A stretch of 64,000 nucleotides of DNA from Xylographa opegraphella. Taxonomy: Eukaryota. Of this stretch, positions 61,832 to 64,000 are shown one piece after another (within the stretch, counting starts at the first letter, position 1; every line of letters begins with the position of its first letter). The stretch covers positions 372,001-436,000 of the forward strand of contig JALDZX010000005.1 in the NCBI GenBank assembly GCA_022813865.1. Direction: 5' to 3'. The translations under genes were made by a program, and so were the position numbers. The notes beneath the pieces were generated by a model, which was not told where the DNA came from, made no database searches, and saw only the letters and a program-made list of their open reading frames with translations.

Positions 61832-64000
61832 GGCATTGTGGGTGGGGGATAGGCGGTGGTGGTGTGCTTCTTGTTACCTGCACTATTGGCTTTGTGAGAT
61901 GGTGTTCCTCGCGTCCGAGGCGCGGTGTCACGTTTCGGGTGCGAAATGTTGGTAGCTTACGGGTGGAATAGGGGAACCCCGCTAATCGGTAATAAACCGA
62001 CCCGTTTTCTCCCGTGACGGCCCTTTTAATACCACAACCTTACTCCGTATTTCAATGAATCTTCCATCGTCGTGTCTTTTTGCATCGCGAGGCGAAGGCT
62101 TCACGGCGTACAAGCGCCCCATATCAAGTGACATGATAGATTTTACGTTGTACCTACTGTAAATCGTTGAGATTCCCCTTCACACCTCGATGATCAGGCA
62201 ATATAAGCTCGATTGTGACTGATAGAACTGTTCTTGAGCGGGGGAGATTGTTTGATTCATCTCTCTTGGTGGAGCAGTGCCGGTTCCTGCATCTCTGTGA
62301 AGGCATAATTCTTTACTTTGGCCTTGTGGGTCGTTCGTCCCATATGTTGAGTCATACTGTTGGGCCCTTCAGAAACTAAAGCCATCATCGAATCCTTCCA
62401 CTCTGACTTCAGTTTCCCATGTATACATGAGGGTATATATCATTTCTTATTCCACTGTAATTGCTATCATGAGTCTACGAAGTTTCTCTGCTTTCTCCTT
62501 ACTTCTATCTTGTCGTTCTTGATTCGTCACCTCTCCTTCTCTTGCCTTGCCATTCCACCCCCATAAATCTCCTTTAACTATAATACGTGGTGTTATCGTC
62601 AATCGAGTATGGCCAGGCGGTATACAATCGGACTGGAAGGCCCAACGCCGGACAACAATCGGTGCGAATCGTTACTGTATCGGGCTTAAAGAAAGCCTTC
62701 AAAAGATCCATTTTCTACCATTATCAGCATCGAAAACATATTATGTATACCTTTTCTTTTCGGCTGTGCTATTTGTAGTACTTCCACCGTCAATTTATAC
62801 AGATGAATCAATGCAGGCTTACAAAGAAGGCATTGACACGCTGAACTGTCACTCAATACTCAAAAACATCAGTTGTAAGGGCTATAAACCTTTACAGCCC
62901 CTTCCCCAATACTACTTTAGCCCCAACTGGCTCTATAAGCCTTAGGGAACTGTGACATCAGTATCCATTGCCACAGCTCTTTGATTTTTGTCTTACGGTA
63001 CGACGAGGGAAACGATAGCTGTATGATACAGCTGAAGACGAAAACAATTAATGTGATACGCCGTATCAAGCACGATATCAGGGAAACGGATTTCTACAAA
63101 TTATTCAACAGCTTTGCAAGCATGATTTCAGAAGATAAACCCTTTGATTTAAATAAAAGCATACTTATTAATTGCTTTTTCGAATCAATAACTGTGCCTC
63201 ATTCGACAGTTGCAGAAGTCCGCATAAAAAACATACGCGTAGATATTCGACAAAGATGACCAGCAATTTGCTGTTTAATGGACTTGGCCAGAAAATTGAT
63301 CGCTCTGTTGAACCGGATGATGAATCATGCTCGGGAAACCTAGGAATGGAGATAGTACGAAGAGCAGAATCTGAGGATTAGATTAAAGCGGTTCTGTGCT
63401 GTGAATTGGAGAGGTTGAGTCCAAACAGAATTTGAATATATATACATGCACGACTAAGCGCCAGGTTTCAACCATCACAACAGGAGAGCTTTTAATCAGA
63501 ACTCAGTATGGAACGGTCTCGAACTGGATTTCACGATACAAGTCCCGGAGCCTAAGGATAAAACAACTATTGACGAGCACCTCAATTTCATCAGTGAGAA
63601 CCAGTAAACATGGCAACTAGAAGCTGATGATTCATTGAAGAATCCTGGTGAGTCCGAAGATTCTGGTGTCTGCAGTTAAGGGAATTGGATGAGACAAACT
63701 ACCTCCGAAGTTCAATAGCATGAGCTGGAAATATCGGAACGGAATTTGGTAGTATGGTACTCGGCTCCGGGAAGGAATGCGACAAGTTATACGCCAGAAC
63801 AAGATGTACTAAAACATCATGACTGCAGAATCATGAGCTACAATGCCTTGCAAGGTACGGCAACTTTGCAGTAACTATGGTCCACAGGGCATTTCCACGA
63901 CAACCTTCGCGAAAGTTTTTATATTGATGAGACCGATGCCTAGGTTCCTATTATAGACCACAAAGATGAAAAGATCGCCATCCTTAGGTGGAAGTTGAAT

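Noticed and set aside
62300..64000. AT-richer end with broken reading frames (possible decayed gene or TE)
   Set aside because: No transposase/RT motifs or terminal repeats seen; needs blastx and downstream sequence.

Overview
Eukaryotic DNA from a filamentous ascomycete (Pezizomycotina). Evidence: short 45-75 nt GT-AG introns with CTRAC-type branch sites, and a NimX-type CDK1 insert; a lichen-forming lineage is only a guess. About 24 intron-containing genes. The conserved flanks carry a Hst2 sirtuin, MCM4, VTC4, SUA5, a GNAT, a PTH11-like receptor, flavohemoglobin, an MFS pump, MAM3/CNNM, an F-box protein, a histidine phosphatase, an amidase, an AlkB enzyme, CDK1, a calpain and an inactive-looking alpha/beta hydrolase. 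They surround an accessory-looking block at about 33-48 kb. The most unusual locus (34307-36121) is a signal-peptide-less papain-like Cys peptidase of bacterial/phage style. It carries a perfect 14x12-bp in-frame minisatellite, and its ~5-repeat beta-propeller-like C-terminal domain lies in the -1 frame, with a canonical A_AAT_TTC slippery heptamer at the junction. A small all-beta protein faces it. Also notable: a secreted enzyme with the full fluoroacetate-dehalogenase residue set, a start codon split by an intron, a hidden 46-aa membrane microprotein, and recurrent C-rich to G-rich skew switches at gene ends. No rRNA, tRNA, CRISPR or recognisable transposon was seen. All family calls are from motif recognition, not database searches.
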